A DNA stretch of 64,000 nt, taken from positions 224,001 through 288,000 of the forward strand of contig JBGARZ010000002.1 of NCBI GenBank assembly GCA_044229975.1. The letters run 5' to 3'. The first letter of the stretch is position 1; each line of letters starts with the position of its first letter. Below are positions 1 to 11,567 of the stretch, piece by piece. The notes under the pieces are model-generated. The model saw only the letters and a program-made list of their open reading frames with translations, was not told the DNA's origin and made no database searches. A program made the position numbers and the translations under genes. This stretch comes from Polyangiales bacterium (GTDB lineage: Bacteria; Myxococcota_A; Polyangia; Polyangiales; Ga0077539).

Positions 1-111
1 GCGCTGCGTCACGGTCCGTCGCACGGTGCGACTTACGGAGATCGACCCGGCGACGCCCGCCGCGGTGCGCGCATCGTGGCTGCGGTGCTGCTCCGAGCGC
101 CTCCCGCGCTG

Positions 112-1041
112 CTACCCCTTCGTCGACGCCTCGGTGCGCGCTCCGCTCGACGCGACCGCAGACTGAGCGTCGTCCTGCGGTTGCGTCTCGTGGAAGCGGT
201 CGAAGTGCATCACCCGACGTCCGTCGGGCAGCGCCTCGATGATGTCCACGAAGCGATGACCCCAGAGCACGTCGGTCACCGCGTACGCGTGCCGCGCGTG
301 CACCGCCTGCCCTGACGTCTCGTCCATCCCGACGAGCGAGACGATGATGAGCGCCTCCCACTCGGCGAGCTTCTCCGGCGTCACGCCAAACATCGGGCTC
401 TCGCTGATGATCGGGTGCGCCGCCGTCCAGCTCATGACGAAGATGGGGTTGGTCGCGCGGGCGAGGCTCAGGTCGTGGAAGCGGCGCACGGGCTCGCCCT
501 CCACCGTGCGCTCGGCGCGGAGGAGCGTGACGTGCAGCGCGGCCTCGACGATCTGGTTGCCGCGCGCGTTGGCCATGCGGAAGATCAACGACTGGACGCC
601 GTCGCGGTTCACGATCAGCGCCTTGTCGGAGAACAGCACCCGCGCCGTGGGCCGCGCGAACTTCGCGAACATCAGCCCCGTCGCCATCGCGGTGCTCACC
701 AGTCCGCAGAGCGCCTCGATGCTCACCACGATGTTCGCGTACGGCGTGCGCGGGACCATCTTCCCGTACCCGATGGTCGCCATCGTCTGGACGCTGAAGA
801 AGAACGCGTCGACCACCGAGCCAGGCCGGGCGTTTTCGAGGCAGTCGCCGCCGAGCAGGTAGAGCGCCGCGAAGAACGCGTTGGCCCCGAGGTACACCGC
901 GAGCACCGACAGCAGCAGCCAGCGCCACTTCGCGGCGAGCAGGCGGTGGTAGAGGTCGTTCCAGAGGCCGCGCGGCGCGCCGACGCGCTCGATGGACGGC
1001 GAGCCCGGCGTGAAGATCTGCGGCGACGGCGGGGCGGCCAT
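112..1041 (-). CDS. Inward-rectifier potassium channel (KirBac family)
   Basis: K+ selectivity filter in FFFSVQTMATIGYG, two TM helices, and a Kir cytoplasmic domain (FAKFARP, RMANARGNQI, FHET). Confidence 0.93.
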   Translation of the reverse strand: MAAPPSPQIFTPGSPSIERVGAPRGLWNDLYHRLLAAKWRWLLLSVLAVYLGANAFFAALYLLGGDCLENARPGSVVDAFFFSVQTMATIGYGKMVPRTPYANIVVSIEALCGLVSTAMATGLMFAKFARPTARVLFSDKALIVNRDGVQSLIFRMANARGNQIVEAALHVTLLRAERTVEGEPVRRFHDLSLARATNPIFVMSWTAAHPIISESPMFGVTPEKLAEWEALIIVSLVGMDETSGQAVHARHAYAVTDVLWGHRFVDIIEALPDGRRVMHFDRFHETQPQDDAQSAVASSGARTEASTKG

Positions 1042-1047
1042 CGGGCG

Positions 1048-1760
1048 CTATCCGCCCGCGAGCGCGCGGTCGATGGCCTGGGCCGAGAAGCCCGCCATGA
1101 TGTGACCGCGCACGTCGAGGATGGGGATCGACCCCGTCGGCACCCCCGCGCGCTGCGCCTTCGTTCGCATCTCCTGCGCGGCCGCGGCGTCCTGTTCGAT
1201 GTCCTTCTCCACGAAGGCCACGTGGCGCTGCGTGAGGTACGCCGCCGCCTGGTGACACGCGCTGCACCACGACGCGCCGTACACGATCACCTGCGACGGA
1301 CCGTGCGCCGTCGACGCGTCCGCCGACGCCGCGACGGGCGCGCTCGACCCGAGCGGACCCTCCTGGCCGCCCCGCGCGAGCAGCACCGCGCCGAGCGACT
1401 CCGAGCGCACCGCGCGCAGCGGAAACACACCCGCGGGCGATGGGGCGCGGAGGTTGGCGACCCAGACCCAGCCGGGCGTTCGTAGCTCCGGCCGCGACGG
1501 ATCGACCCGCACCAGCTCACGCGACGTCTCGGGCACCTCGGACGCCCTCGTCACCGGGTGCGACGCGCCCTGCTGGTCGTACCAGAAGAAGACCACGTCC
1601 GTAGACTCCGCCCGCACCGTGAACCCCGGCTCGGGCACCGGCGTCGCCGCCACCGCCGCACCGCCGTCCCCCGTCGCGGGCGTCGGTGTGGCGCTCCGTC
1701 GACATCCCGCCGAAGCGAGCAGCGCCACCGCGATCATCCATGGGCCGTGTCGTCGCTGCA

Positions 1761-1761
<1 letters not shown>
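1048..1761 (-). CDS. Exported glutaredoxin-like (NrdH/Grx fold) protein
   Basis: C-terminal YGASWCSACH (CxxC) and GSIPILDV; N-terminal signal/lipobox LLASAGC. Start moved to ATG 1761, which overlaps the ABC-F stop (TGATG). Confidence 0.75.
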
Positions 1762-3662
<1,901 letters not shown>

Positions 3663-3702
3663 GGCGGTTTCGGCGCTTGAATGGATGAACGCCGCTAGGG
3701 TG

Positions 3703-6219
3703 TCAACGCCCGCGCAGGCCCTGCGCCACGCGCAGCACGTCGGCCAGCACCCCGGCCGCCGTCACCGCGCCGCCCGCGCCCGCGCCCTGCACGATGAGCG
3801 GGCTCTCCGAGTACCGCTCCGTGGTGAACGCCACGAAGGACTCGGCCCCGCGCAGTCGCGTCGACGGGTGAGCCGCGTCGACCACCATCGGCCCGACCCT
3901 CGCCTCGGGCCGGCCGTTGAGCCCCACCGGGTCGATGCGTACCAGGTAGCGCAGCACCTTCCCCTCCGCGCGAATGCCCGCCATGCGCTCGCCGAAGGCC
4001 GCGTCGTTGTCTCGCAGCCGCGCGAAGAAGCCCTCGACCGACGACTCGGCGAGGATGTCCGCCGGGGCGAGCGGCTCGACCTCGATGTCCTCCAGCGCCA
4101 TCGGGACGCCGAGCTCCCGCACCAGGATCAGCGCCTTGCGCGCGACGTCGAGACCCGACAGGTCGTCCCGCGGGTGCGGCTCGGTGAACCCACGCGCCTT
4201 CGCCGTCTCCACCGCGGCCGACAACGGGATGCCCTTCATCACCTCGTTGCAGAGGTAGCCGAGCGTTCCCGAGAGTGAGCCCTCGATGAGCAGCACGCGA
4301 TCGCCGGTGCGAACGAGGTCTTGCAGCGTCTCGATGACCGGAAGGCTCGCGCCCACGGTGGTCTCGTAGCGGTACCCGCGGAAGTGCCGACGCGCCGAGG
4401 CCATCAGCCGCTCGCGCGCCTCCCACGCCACCGTCAGCGGCTTCTTGTTGGCCGACACCACGTGGATGCCCCGCGCCAGCGCACCCGCATACACGGCGTC
4501 CATCCCGTCGAGCGCGGTGCAGTCCACCAGCACGGGCACCGGCAAGCGTTGCAGGCGATCGAGCACCGCGTCCATCGCGAGCGGTTCGCCCTTACCCACT
4601 TCGGTAAACAGCTCGCGCCACGCATCGAGCCGGACGCCCGTGGCGTCGAACACCGTCTGCGTCGACGCCGCGATGCCCACCACCTTCAACCGAACGCCGT
4701 GGGCCTCCCGCAGAAACGCCTGCTGCTGCGCGAGCTGCGCCAGGAGCTGCGCGCCCACGACACCCTTGCCCAGCACCATGAGGTTCACCTCCTGGTGGGC
4801 GAAGTTGAAGGCGGCGTGGACGGTGCGCACCGCCAGCGCCGTGTCGGCCGCGTCGATGGCGCACGAGATCGACCGCGAGCTCGCCCCCTGCGCGATGGCG
4901 CACACGGCGACGCCCACCGCCCCGAGCGCGCCGAAGAAGCGCCCCGGCGCGTTGGTCATGCGCCCCATGTCCTCGGCCACGAGCGAGAGCAGCGTCACGG
5001 GCGCGCGCACCCCCACCGGCTCCAGATCTCCACGCTCGAACTCCAGCGCCAGCTCCTTGGCGAGCGCCTCACGCGCCACGTCCACCGACGCGCCCGGGAT
5101 CACCACCGCGACGCCCTGCCCGTGCGCCGCCTGCGAGGTCATCCACACCGCGACGCCCGTCGCGCGCAGCGCCCGCAGCACCCGCTCGCCGAGCTGCATC
5201 TCGGCCGACAATCGACGGAGGCGGAGGTCGAGCAGCGCGAGGTTCTCCAGCGACGTCACGCAGGTCGGTCGCTCGCCCGGCGCGCGGTCGCCGCCGTCGA
5301 TGCGCGTCCCCGGCGCGGTGGGCGCCATGGTGTTGCGGATGCGCATCGGCACGCCGCTCTCCATCAGCGGAATCATCGTCCGCGGGTGGAACATCCTCGC
5401 CCCGAAGCTCGCCAGCTCCAGCGCCTCCATGTAGCTCATGCGGTCGATGGGGTAGGCGTCCTTCACGAGCCCCGGGTCGGCGGTCATCACCCCGGAGACG
5501 TCCGTCCAGATGTTGACCTCCGAGGCGTCGAGGCCGCGCGCCAGCAGAGTCGCCGTGTAGTCCGATCCGTTGCGCCCGAGCGTGGTGGTGCGCCCGTCGG
5601 TCGTCTGCCCGAGGAAGCCCGTGTGCACGGTGACGGGTGTGCTCCACCGCGAGCTCACCGCGCCGAGCTTCGCGCGCGTCGCGTCCCAGTCGACGAGCGC
5701 GTTGCCGAAGCGGGCGTCGGTCACCAGCCACGTGCGCGCGTCGACGAACTCCGCTGGAATGCCCCGCGCCGTGAGCAGCATCGACACCACCGTCGCGCTC
5801 AAGCGCTCGCCAAACGACATCACCAGGTCGAGCGTCTGCGCGGTGCGTTCGCGCAGCAGCGACACCCCCGTGAGCAGTCGTCGCAGCGGCACCAGCAGCT
5901 CGCGCACGACCGGCGTGATCTGCGGCCGATCGCCTGTCGTCCCGTGCGCCTTCTCGATGCTCTGGAGCACCAGCAGCCCATTGGCGGTGGCCACGTCGGC
6001 GACGTGGTCGATCATCCGCTCGGCGGCATCGTCGGCGCCGCGCGCGGCGTGATCGGCCGCCTCGATGAGGTGGTCGGTGGTGTCGCCCATCGCCGAGACG
6101 ACCACCGCGAGCGGCCCCGTCGCGACCTCCGCCGCGATCAGCGAGAGCACCTGGGAGAGGCGCTCGGGGGAGCCCACCGACGAGCCGCCGAACTTCATCA
6201 CGCGCAGCGAGGTCACCAT
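3703..6219 (-). CDS. thrA: Bifunctional aspartate kinase / homoserine dehydrogenase
   Basis: MKFGGSSV, TTTLGRNGSDYTA, WTDVSGVMTADP, ACT region, GKGVVG, YETTVGASLP, EPHPRDDLSGLDVARK, GAGAGGAVTA. Start moved to ATG 6219. Confidence 0.92.
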   Translation of the reverse strand: MVTSLRVMKFGGSSVGSPERLSQVLSLIAAEVATGPLAVVVSAMGDTTDHLIEAADHAARGADDAAERMIDHVADVATANGLLVLQSIEKAHGTTGDRPQITPVVRELLVPLRRLLTGVSLLRERTAQTLDLVMSFGERLSATVVSMLLTARGIPAEFVDARTWLVTDARFGNALVDWDATRAKLGAVSSRWSTPVTVHTGFLGQTTDGRTTTLGRNGSDYTATLLARGLDASEVNIWTDVSGVMTADPGLVKDAYPIDRMSYMEALELASFGARMFHPRTMIPLMESGVPMRIRNTMAPTAPGTRIDGGDRAPGERPTCVTSLENLALLDLRLRRLSAEMQLGERVLRALRATGVAVWMTSQAAHGQGVAVVIPGASVDVAREALAKELALEFERGDLEPVGVRAPVTLLSLVAEDMGRMTNAPGRFFGALGAVGVAVCAIAQGASSRSISCAIDAADTALAVRTVHAAFNFAHQEVNLMVLGKGVVGAQLLAQLAQQQAFLREAHGVRLKVVGIAASTQTVFDATGVRLDAWRELFTEVGKGEPLAMDAVLDRLQRLPVPVLVDCTALDGMDAVYAGALARGIHVVSANKKPLTVAWEARERLMASARRHFRGYRYETTVGASLPVIETLQDLVRTGDRVLLIEGSLSGTLGYLCNEVMKGIPLSAAVETAKARGFTEPHPRDDLSGLDVARKALILVRELGVPMALEDIEVEPLAPADILAESSVEGFFARLRDNDAAFGERMAGIRAEGKVLRYLVRIDPVGLNGRPEARVGPMVVDAAHPSTRLRGAESFVAFTTERYSESPLIVQGAGAGGAVTAAGVLADVLRVAQGLRGR

Positions 6220-6303
6220 TGGTCGCGGCGAGGTATCCCGCACCCGCCGCCCGGCGCGCAACCGCGTTGACCCGGCGGCCGCGATGGGACATCCCAGTCG
6301 CCG

Positions 6304-6996
6304 ATGAAGACCTTGGAAGTGGGTGGTTTGCGCGTTCGCTCGGTGGGGCCGGTCGCGGGGCCTGCGGTGATCCTCTGCCACGGGTACGGCGCTCCGGGCG
6401 ACGACCTCTGCTCGCTCGCTTCGGCCATCGACGCGGGGCCCGGCGTGCGGTGGTTCTTCCCTGAAGCGCCGCTCGAGCTCGGCGGCGGCGCTCGCGCGTG
6501 GTGGCCCATCGACATGGTCGCCATCCAGATCGCGCTCATGCAGGGACGCCCTCGCGTCTTCGACACCGAGGCCGTGCCCGCCGGGATGACCGACGCGCTC
6601 GCTCGCACGCAGGCGTGCCTTCAGGCGCTCATCCGCGACCACGGCGTCGACCCCGCGAGCACCGTCATCGGTGGCTTTTCACAGGGCTCGATGGTGACCA
6701 CCGACCTCTTCCTCAATGCCTCCGAGAAGTGGGCGGGACTCATGGCCCTCTCGGGCACGCTCCTCGCCGGCACCCGCTGGCGCCCTGCCGCCCAGCAGAA
6801 CGCCCGCGGCCGTCGTGTCTTCCAGAGTCACGGTCGGCAGGACCCCATCCTCCCCTACCCTGTCGCGGAGGAGCTCCACACCTTGCTGGAGTCCAACGGC
6901 GCCACTGTCGACTGGGTCCCCTTCAACGGGCCCCACACCATCACGCCCACCGTGTGTAGCCGCGCGGGCGCGTGGCTCCAGTCGGTGCTGCGTTAG
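6304..6996 (+). CDS. Phospholipase/carboxylesterase (alpha/beta hydrolase)
   Basis: CHGYGA, GGFSQG nucleophile elbow, HGRQDPIL, GPH. Confidence 0.88.
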   Translation: MKTLEVGGLRVRSVGPVAGPAVILCHGYGAPGDDLCSLASAIDAGPGVRWFFPEAPLELGGGARAWWPIDMVAIQIALMQGRPRVFDTEAVPAGMTDALARTQACLQALIRDHGVDPASTVIGGFSQGSMVTTDLFLNASEKWAGLMALSGTLLAGTRWRPAAQQNARGRRVFQSHGRQDPILPYPVAEELHTLLESNGATVDWVPFNGPHTITPTVCSRAGAWLQSVLR

Positions 6997-7763
6997 AGCT
7001 TCGCGCGAGCGCGGTGCACGAGCGATTGCACGGCGGCCTCGGCGGCGGCGGTGAGGCGCTTGGAGGTGGTTCCGTTGGAAGGGATGACCTCGCCCTCGAC
7101 CATCGCGACCGTGATCGAGGGCTGCTCCAGGAGTCGTCGTCCGTGTTGCCCGAGCGACTCGTGCCAGTAGATTGCCTCGGGTTCGCGGTACGCGATGCCC
7201 ACCGGCAACACCTCCGCGCCGCTGCGCGCCGCCGCGAGGAAGGCGCCCGCGTGGAAGGGTCGCACCTCGTCGCCCGGGTACGTCGTGCCCTCGGGGAAGA
7301 CCGTGACCGCCCTGCCCGCTCCGAGTCGATCGCCCACGCGACGGATGGACGCCGCGCCGCTCGCGCTGTTGCTGCGATCGACGTACAGCGTGCCCGCGAT
7401 GGCCGCGAGGTAGGCCACCACGGGCCAGCGCTGGAGGTCGTCCTTCGAGAGGATGTTTCCGCCGTAGCGTGAGAGCACCAGCAGGATGTCGATCATCGAG
7501 CGGTGGTTGGATACGATGAGCCGACCCGTCGCCGGAACCGGAGGCAGCGACGTGTTCACCCCGTCGTCGAGGACGCGAACGCCCATCACCGTGAGCAGCC
7601 GTCGGCTCCACCCCCGCACGTAGGCGTCACGCCGCGCTTCGGTCTGCCCGCGCAGCCGCCCCTCCACCCATAGAACACCCACCTCCGCGCCCGTCACCGA
7701 AGCCAGTCCCAGGGCTCTCGCGGCGACGCGAGACGATCGCAGAACGGCCTTCGGGTCGATCAC
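6993..7763 (-). CDS. Lysophospholipid (1-acyl-glycerol-3-phosphate) acyltransferase family protein
   Basis: NHRSMID (HxxxxD) and FPEGT motifs. Confidence 0.88.
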   Translation of the reverse strand: MIDPKAVLRSSRVAARALGLASVTGAEVGVLWVEGRLRGQTEARRDAYVRGWSRRLLTVMGVRVLDDGVNTSLPPVPATGRLIVSNHRSMIDILLVLSRYGGNILSKDDLQRWPVVAYLAAIAGTLYVDRSNSASGAASIRRVGDRLGAGRAVTVFPEGTTYPGDEVRPFHAGAFLAAARSGAEVLPVGIAYREPEAIYWHESLGQHGRRLLEQPSITVAMVEGEVIPSNGTTSKRLTAAAEAAVQSLVHRARAKL

Positions 7764-7798
7764 GAAGGAGCGCTACAACGCCCCGCCGCGCCGCGCAA

Positions 7799-8566
7799 TC
7801 AGCGAAGCGGGACGACCGTCGCGCACACGCCCGCGGGGCCGCTGCGCCGCGTGGGGATGTTGCGGTCGAGGCGCCACGATCCGCTCGCGCACTGGTACCA
7901 CTCGTTGTCGAAGCGGCTCTGGAGGCAGGTGCGGCCGGGCATCTCGCGACCGTAGGTTCCGCTGAAGCAGCTCGCGACCGGAGCGCTCATCTCGGGCGGC
8001 ATGGTCGGGGCCATCGTCGTGCCCGCGCCACAGCCCAGCGGGGTCGACGAGGCCACGAGCTCGGCGCGCACTTCTACCCGGTCGGACCATCCCACGCCGC
8101 TGCGGTTGTAGAGCTCGCGGGTGATCACGGGCGAGGCGTCGATGATGGGCTTCCGCGCCGCCTGCTCGACGCAGATGTTGGGGCCGACGTCGGCCACCTG
8201 CGCGACACACCAGCGGCCCGTGCGGGGGTTGGTGAGGCGCACCTTCGCGCGACAGCCGAAGCGCCACGAGTCGGCGATGTACATCCAGCGACCGTCGGCG
8301 ACGCCGCCGCAGGCCATGGTGCCCACCTCCACACCGCCGCCGAAGGTGGTGATGAAGTACATGTTGTCCGAAGGGATCGTGCGCACCGCGATCTCGCCGC
8401 GCTGGGGGCAGTAGTGACCACCCACCGTGAGCTCGCTCACCACGGACGCGGACACCCCGTCGCCCGAACCCTCCGCGTCGGTGAGCGCGTCGTCGCTGCC
8501 GTAACAGCCCGTGAGCACCACCAGGGACATCAGGCTCAAGCGCGCGATTCGGATGGCGTTGGTCAT
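7799..8566 (-). CDS. Lipoprotein with RlpA-like double-psi beta-barrel domain and Cys-rich C-terminal module
   Basis: Lipobox VLTGC; FGCRAKVRLTNPRTGRWCVAQVADVGP...IDAS pattern typical of DPBB/RlpA. Confidence 0.6.
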   Translation of the reverse strand: MTNAIRIARLSLMSLVVLTGCYGSDDALTDAEGSGDGVSASVVSELTVGGHYCPQRGEIAVRTIPSDNMYFITTFGGGVEVGTMACGGVADGRWMYIADSWRFGCRAKVRLTNPRTGRWCVAQVADVGPNICVEQAARKPIIDASPVITRELYNRSGVGWSDRVEVRAELVASSTPLGCGAGTTMAPTMPPEMSAPVASCFSGTYGREMPGRTCLQSRFDNEWYQCASGSWRLDRNIPTRRSGPAGVCATVVPLR

Positions 8567-8610
8567 GACCTCACACCGCGCTGTGCAGTCCACATGCCGC
8601 TCTGAAACGC

Positions 8611-9807
8611 TTGGATTCAGGCCGGTTGCCGGTGGTCATCGAAGCCCCAGGCCACAACGCACCCAGGCTTTACAGAGAACCCTACCCACGCGCTGCGTCA
8701 TCGGGACTAGCATCGCGGCCCGTGCGCCCCTCCAAAGCATGGGTTCTGTGTGTGTTCTCGGCGTTGGGCTGCGGTCTCGGAAACCCCGAGCTGCGCGTCC
8801 TGCCTGACGGCAACGTCGTCGTCGAGGTCGATGCCGGGAAGACCGCGGACCTCGGTGACCCCGTCGACCTCGGTGTCACCAACGACGACGGCACCTCCGC
8901 CGATCGCCCCGTCGACGATGATCGGTCCGTCGTCGATGCGGGCGACGACGTGGTCATCGCTGACGACGTGACCACCGTCGACTCTGGTGACGTCGTCGTC
9001 ACGACGGACGTCTCGGATGCTGGCTCGGACGTGGCAGATGTTCCGGCGACCGATGTCGCGGACGTGGTGGCGGTCGACGTCGCCGACGCGGGCATCGACG
9101 TCCCGGAGGCGTCCGATGTTCCGGCGGCACCCGACCTGCCCGCGGCGCCCGACGTGCCCGTGATGGATGTTCCTGCGATGGCCGATGTGCCCGCGTCGAC
9201 TGATGTTCCGACGGTGCCCGATGTTCCTTCGGCGCCCGATGTTCCGACGGCGCCCGATGTCCCGCCGGCCATCAGCTGGCACCTCGTGACGGGCGACACG
9301 ATGTACACGCCGTGGCGTGGCACGGCCCCGGGCAGCCCCGAGGTTCGCGATTGCCCGGACGGGCAGGTGCTTGTCGGGCTGCGGACCTGGTCTTCGGACT
9401 ACGTCAGCGGCATGGCACCGTGGTGCGCGCCGCTCACCACGATGGGCACCATGGGCACGGCGACCCTCGGCGGCCGCGTGGGCGGAACGAGCAACGACAA
9501 CGGCAGCGACGACGACGACCTCTGCCCCGCGGGTGAGCTCATCGTGCGCTTCACGGGTCGATCGGGCGGCATCATCGATCGCTCGCAGGCGGTCTGCGCG
9601 CCGCTGTCGACGTGGCTCACGACGCGCGCCATCGGCAGGACGTTGCGCCGCTATGGCGACAGCAGCGGCGGCAGCGCCTTCGAAGACACCTGCCCCGCCG
9701 GCTACGTCGGAGCGGGCTTCCAAGGCTCGACGCGCGTCAACTTCGACTACTTCCGCGACCGCCTCGGATCGCTCCGCCTGCGCTGCGTTCGCGTGGCCGA
9801 TCGGTAG
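8611..9807 (+). CDS. Exported/lipoprotein with acidic D-V-P repeat stalk and Cys-containing C-terminal beta domain
   Basis: FSALGC lipobox-like segment, low-complexity D/V/P linker, three CP-x-G-x-x-x-x-G repeats. Start uncertain. Confidence 0.6.
   Translation: MDSGRLPVVIEAPGHNAPRLYREPYPRAASSGLASRPVRPSKAWVLCVFSALGCGLGNPELRVLPDGNVVVEVDAGKTADLGDPVDLGVTNDDGTSADRPVDDDRSVVDAGDDVVIADDVTTVDSGDVVVTTDVSDAGSDVADVPATDVADVVAVDVADAGIDVPEASDVPAAPDLPAAPDVPVMDVPAMADVPASTDVPTVPDVPSAPDVPTAPDVPPAISWHLVTGDTMYTPWRGTAPGSPEVRDCPDGQVLVGLRTWSSDYVSGMAPWCAPLTTMGTMGTATLGGRVGGTSNDNGSDDDDLCPAGELIVRFTGRSGGIIDRSQAVCAPLSTWLTTRAIGRTLRRYGDSSGGSAFEDTCPAGYVGAGFQGSTRVNFDYFRDRLGSLRLRCVRVADR
9115..9264 (+). repeat. Imperfect 18-bp coding tandem repeat (DVPxxP, about 8 units)
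   Basis: Units such as GATGTTCCGACGGTGCCC, GATGTTCCTTCGGCGCCC, GATGTTCCGACGGCGCCC. Confidence 0.8.
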
Positions 9808-9813
9808 CGCGCG

Positions 9814-11007
9814 CTACTCCCTGAAGGCCACGTCGAGCGCCTGCCCGAGATCGTCGAGCAGGTCGCTCTGGGCCTCGATGCCGACCGCGAGTCGCACGAG
9901 GTTGTCGGGCATCCCTACCGCGAGCCGCTCGTCCGAGCTCAGCTCGTAATAGGACATCAGCGCAGGCTGCTCGATGAGCGTCTCGACCCCGCCGAGCGAC
10001 GGGGCGATGGCCGCCACGCGGCACGCGTCCACGAAGCGCGACGTGCGAGCGCCGTCCCCCTTCACGAGGAAGCTGACCACACCACCGAAGCCCTGCATCT
10101 GCGCCACCGCGACGCGATGATCGGGGTGGCTCTCCAGCCCCGGATAGAACACCCGCTCGATGCGCGGATCGGTCTCCAGCGCGCGAGCGATGGCGAGCGT
10201 CGAGGCGTTTTGCCGGGCCACCCGAAGCGCGAGGGTCTTCATCCCGCGCAGCAGCAGGTACGCCGCGTGCGGGTCGAGCACGCCGCCCATCACCCCGCGG
10301 AAATCGCGGATCGCATCGACGAGCACGGCCGACCCGCTCACGGCGCCTGCCAGCAGATCGTTGTGCCCGCCGAGGTACTTCGTCGCCGAGTGGATCACCA
10401 GGTCGACGCCCAGCTCCAGCGGCCGTTGGTTGACCGGCGTGGAGAAGGTCGCGTCGATGAGAAACTTCACTGACGGGTGCGCGGCCTTCAGCGCTCGCAG
10501 CGCTTCAAGGTCGACCACACGCAGGTACGGGTTGGTCGGCGACTCCGAAAACACCACCCGCGTCCTGCCCGGGACGATCGCCCGCGCGAGCGCCTCAGGA
10601 TCACCCGGCTCGACCACCGTCGACTCCACGCCGTAGCGCGGCAGCACACCCGTCACGAACTGCCGCGTGCGCCGGTAGCAGTCCCTGGTGAGCACCACGT
10701 GGTGACCCGATCGCAGCATCGCGAGCAGCGCCGTCGTGATGGCCGCCATGCCCGACGCGAAGAGCGCCGAGTCCTCCGCGCCGTCGAGGTCGGCGAGCTT
10801 GCGCTCGGCCGCGCGCACTGTCGGGTTGCCGTAGCGACCGTACTCCTCGCGCTCGACCTCGCCGCGGTGGTGCCGCCCGAGCTCGCTCGCGTCCTCGAAG
10901 GTGTACGTCGAGGTCAACGCGAGGGGTGTCGTGAGGGAGTCGTGGGCGTTCTTGCGCGACTCGCCCGCGTGCACCGCGCGCGTGTCCAAAGACCTCTCGT
11001 CGCTCAT
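9814..11007 (-). CDS. Cys/Met metabolism PLP-dependent enzyme (cystathionine gamma-synthase-like)
   Basis: YGRYGNPT, FASGMAAI, ESPTNP, HSATKYLGGHND (PLP lysine), SLGGVETL. Confidence 0.9.
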   Translation of the reverse strand: MSDERSLDTRAVHAGESRKNAHDSLTTPLALTSTYTFEDASELGRHHRGEVEREEYGRYGNPTVRAAERKLADLDGAEDSALFASGMAAITTALLAMLRSGHHVVLTRDCYRRTRQFVTGVLPRYGVESTVVEPGDPEALARAIVPGRTRVVFSESPTNPYLRVVDLEALRALKAAHPSVKFLIDATFSTPVNQRPLELGVDLVIHSATKYLGGHNDLLAGAVSGSAVLVDAIRDFRGVMGGVLDPHAAYLLLRGMKTLALRVARQNASTLAIARALETDPRIERVFYPGLESHPDHRVAVAQMQGFGGVVSFLVKGDGARTSRFVDACRVAAIAPSLGGVETLIEQPALMSYYELSSDERLAVGMPDNLVRLAVGIEAQSDLLDDLGQALDVAFRE

Positions 11008-11022
11008 GTCTTGGATCTCCTG

Positions 11023-11565
11023 TCAGCGTCGGTTGGCGCGCTGGGCGGGCGCGATGTGCAGCCGCGTGGCGGCCGCCTCGTAGAGCGCGATGCAGCGCAG
11101 GTGGGCGTCGTTGGCCTCGCTCACCAGCCGGTTGGCCCGATCGAGCATCGCACCGAGCCGCCGCGCGTCTTCGGGCGACGGATCACCCGAGTCGGGCAGC
11201 AGCGCGCGCATCTGCGTCTGGAGCTCGTGCGCGTCGTGGTTGCCCCGGTAGGTGGTCACGCAGGAGTCGCGCAGGTCGCTCGCGCCCGGCGTCCGCGGGT
11301 GCAGCGCTTCGAGCGCACGAATCGCCTGGTGCTCCTCTTCCCCATGGCCCGCGCGGATGATCCCCGACACGGCCTCGACCGCCCCGCGCAGCTCGGCCTC
11401 GTCCGACAGCTCCAGCGGGTCGCGCGGCCGGTCGTCGTGGTCGGGCCCGTTGCGCGCCGCCAACAGCAGCAGCGGAACGGTCACCGCCACCGCCCCGAGC
11501 GCCACCAGCGCGCCCCTCGGCCGCGGCGCCTTCTTCTTCGCTGGGCTGTCGGGGTCCGCCGCCAC
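11023..11565 (-). CDS. Hypothetical membrane-anchored helical protein
   Basis: GTG start 2 nt beyond the carboxylase stop; basic N-terminus, one TM segment, helical domain with 2 Cys. Confidence 0.55.
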   Translation of the reverse strand: MAADPDSPAKKKAPRPRGALVALGAVAVTVPLLLLAARNGPDHDDRPRDPLELSDEAELRGAVEAVSGIIRAGHGEEEHQAIRALEALHPRTPGASDLRDSCVTTYRGNHDAHELQTQMRALLPDSGDPSPEDARRLGAMLDRANRLVSEANDAHLRCIALYEAAATRLHIAPAQRANRR

Positions 11566-11567
11566 CG

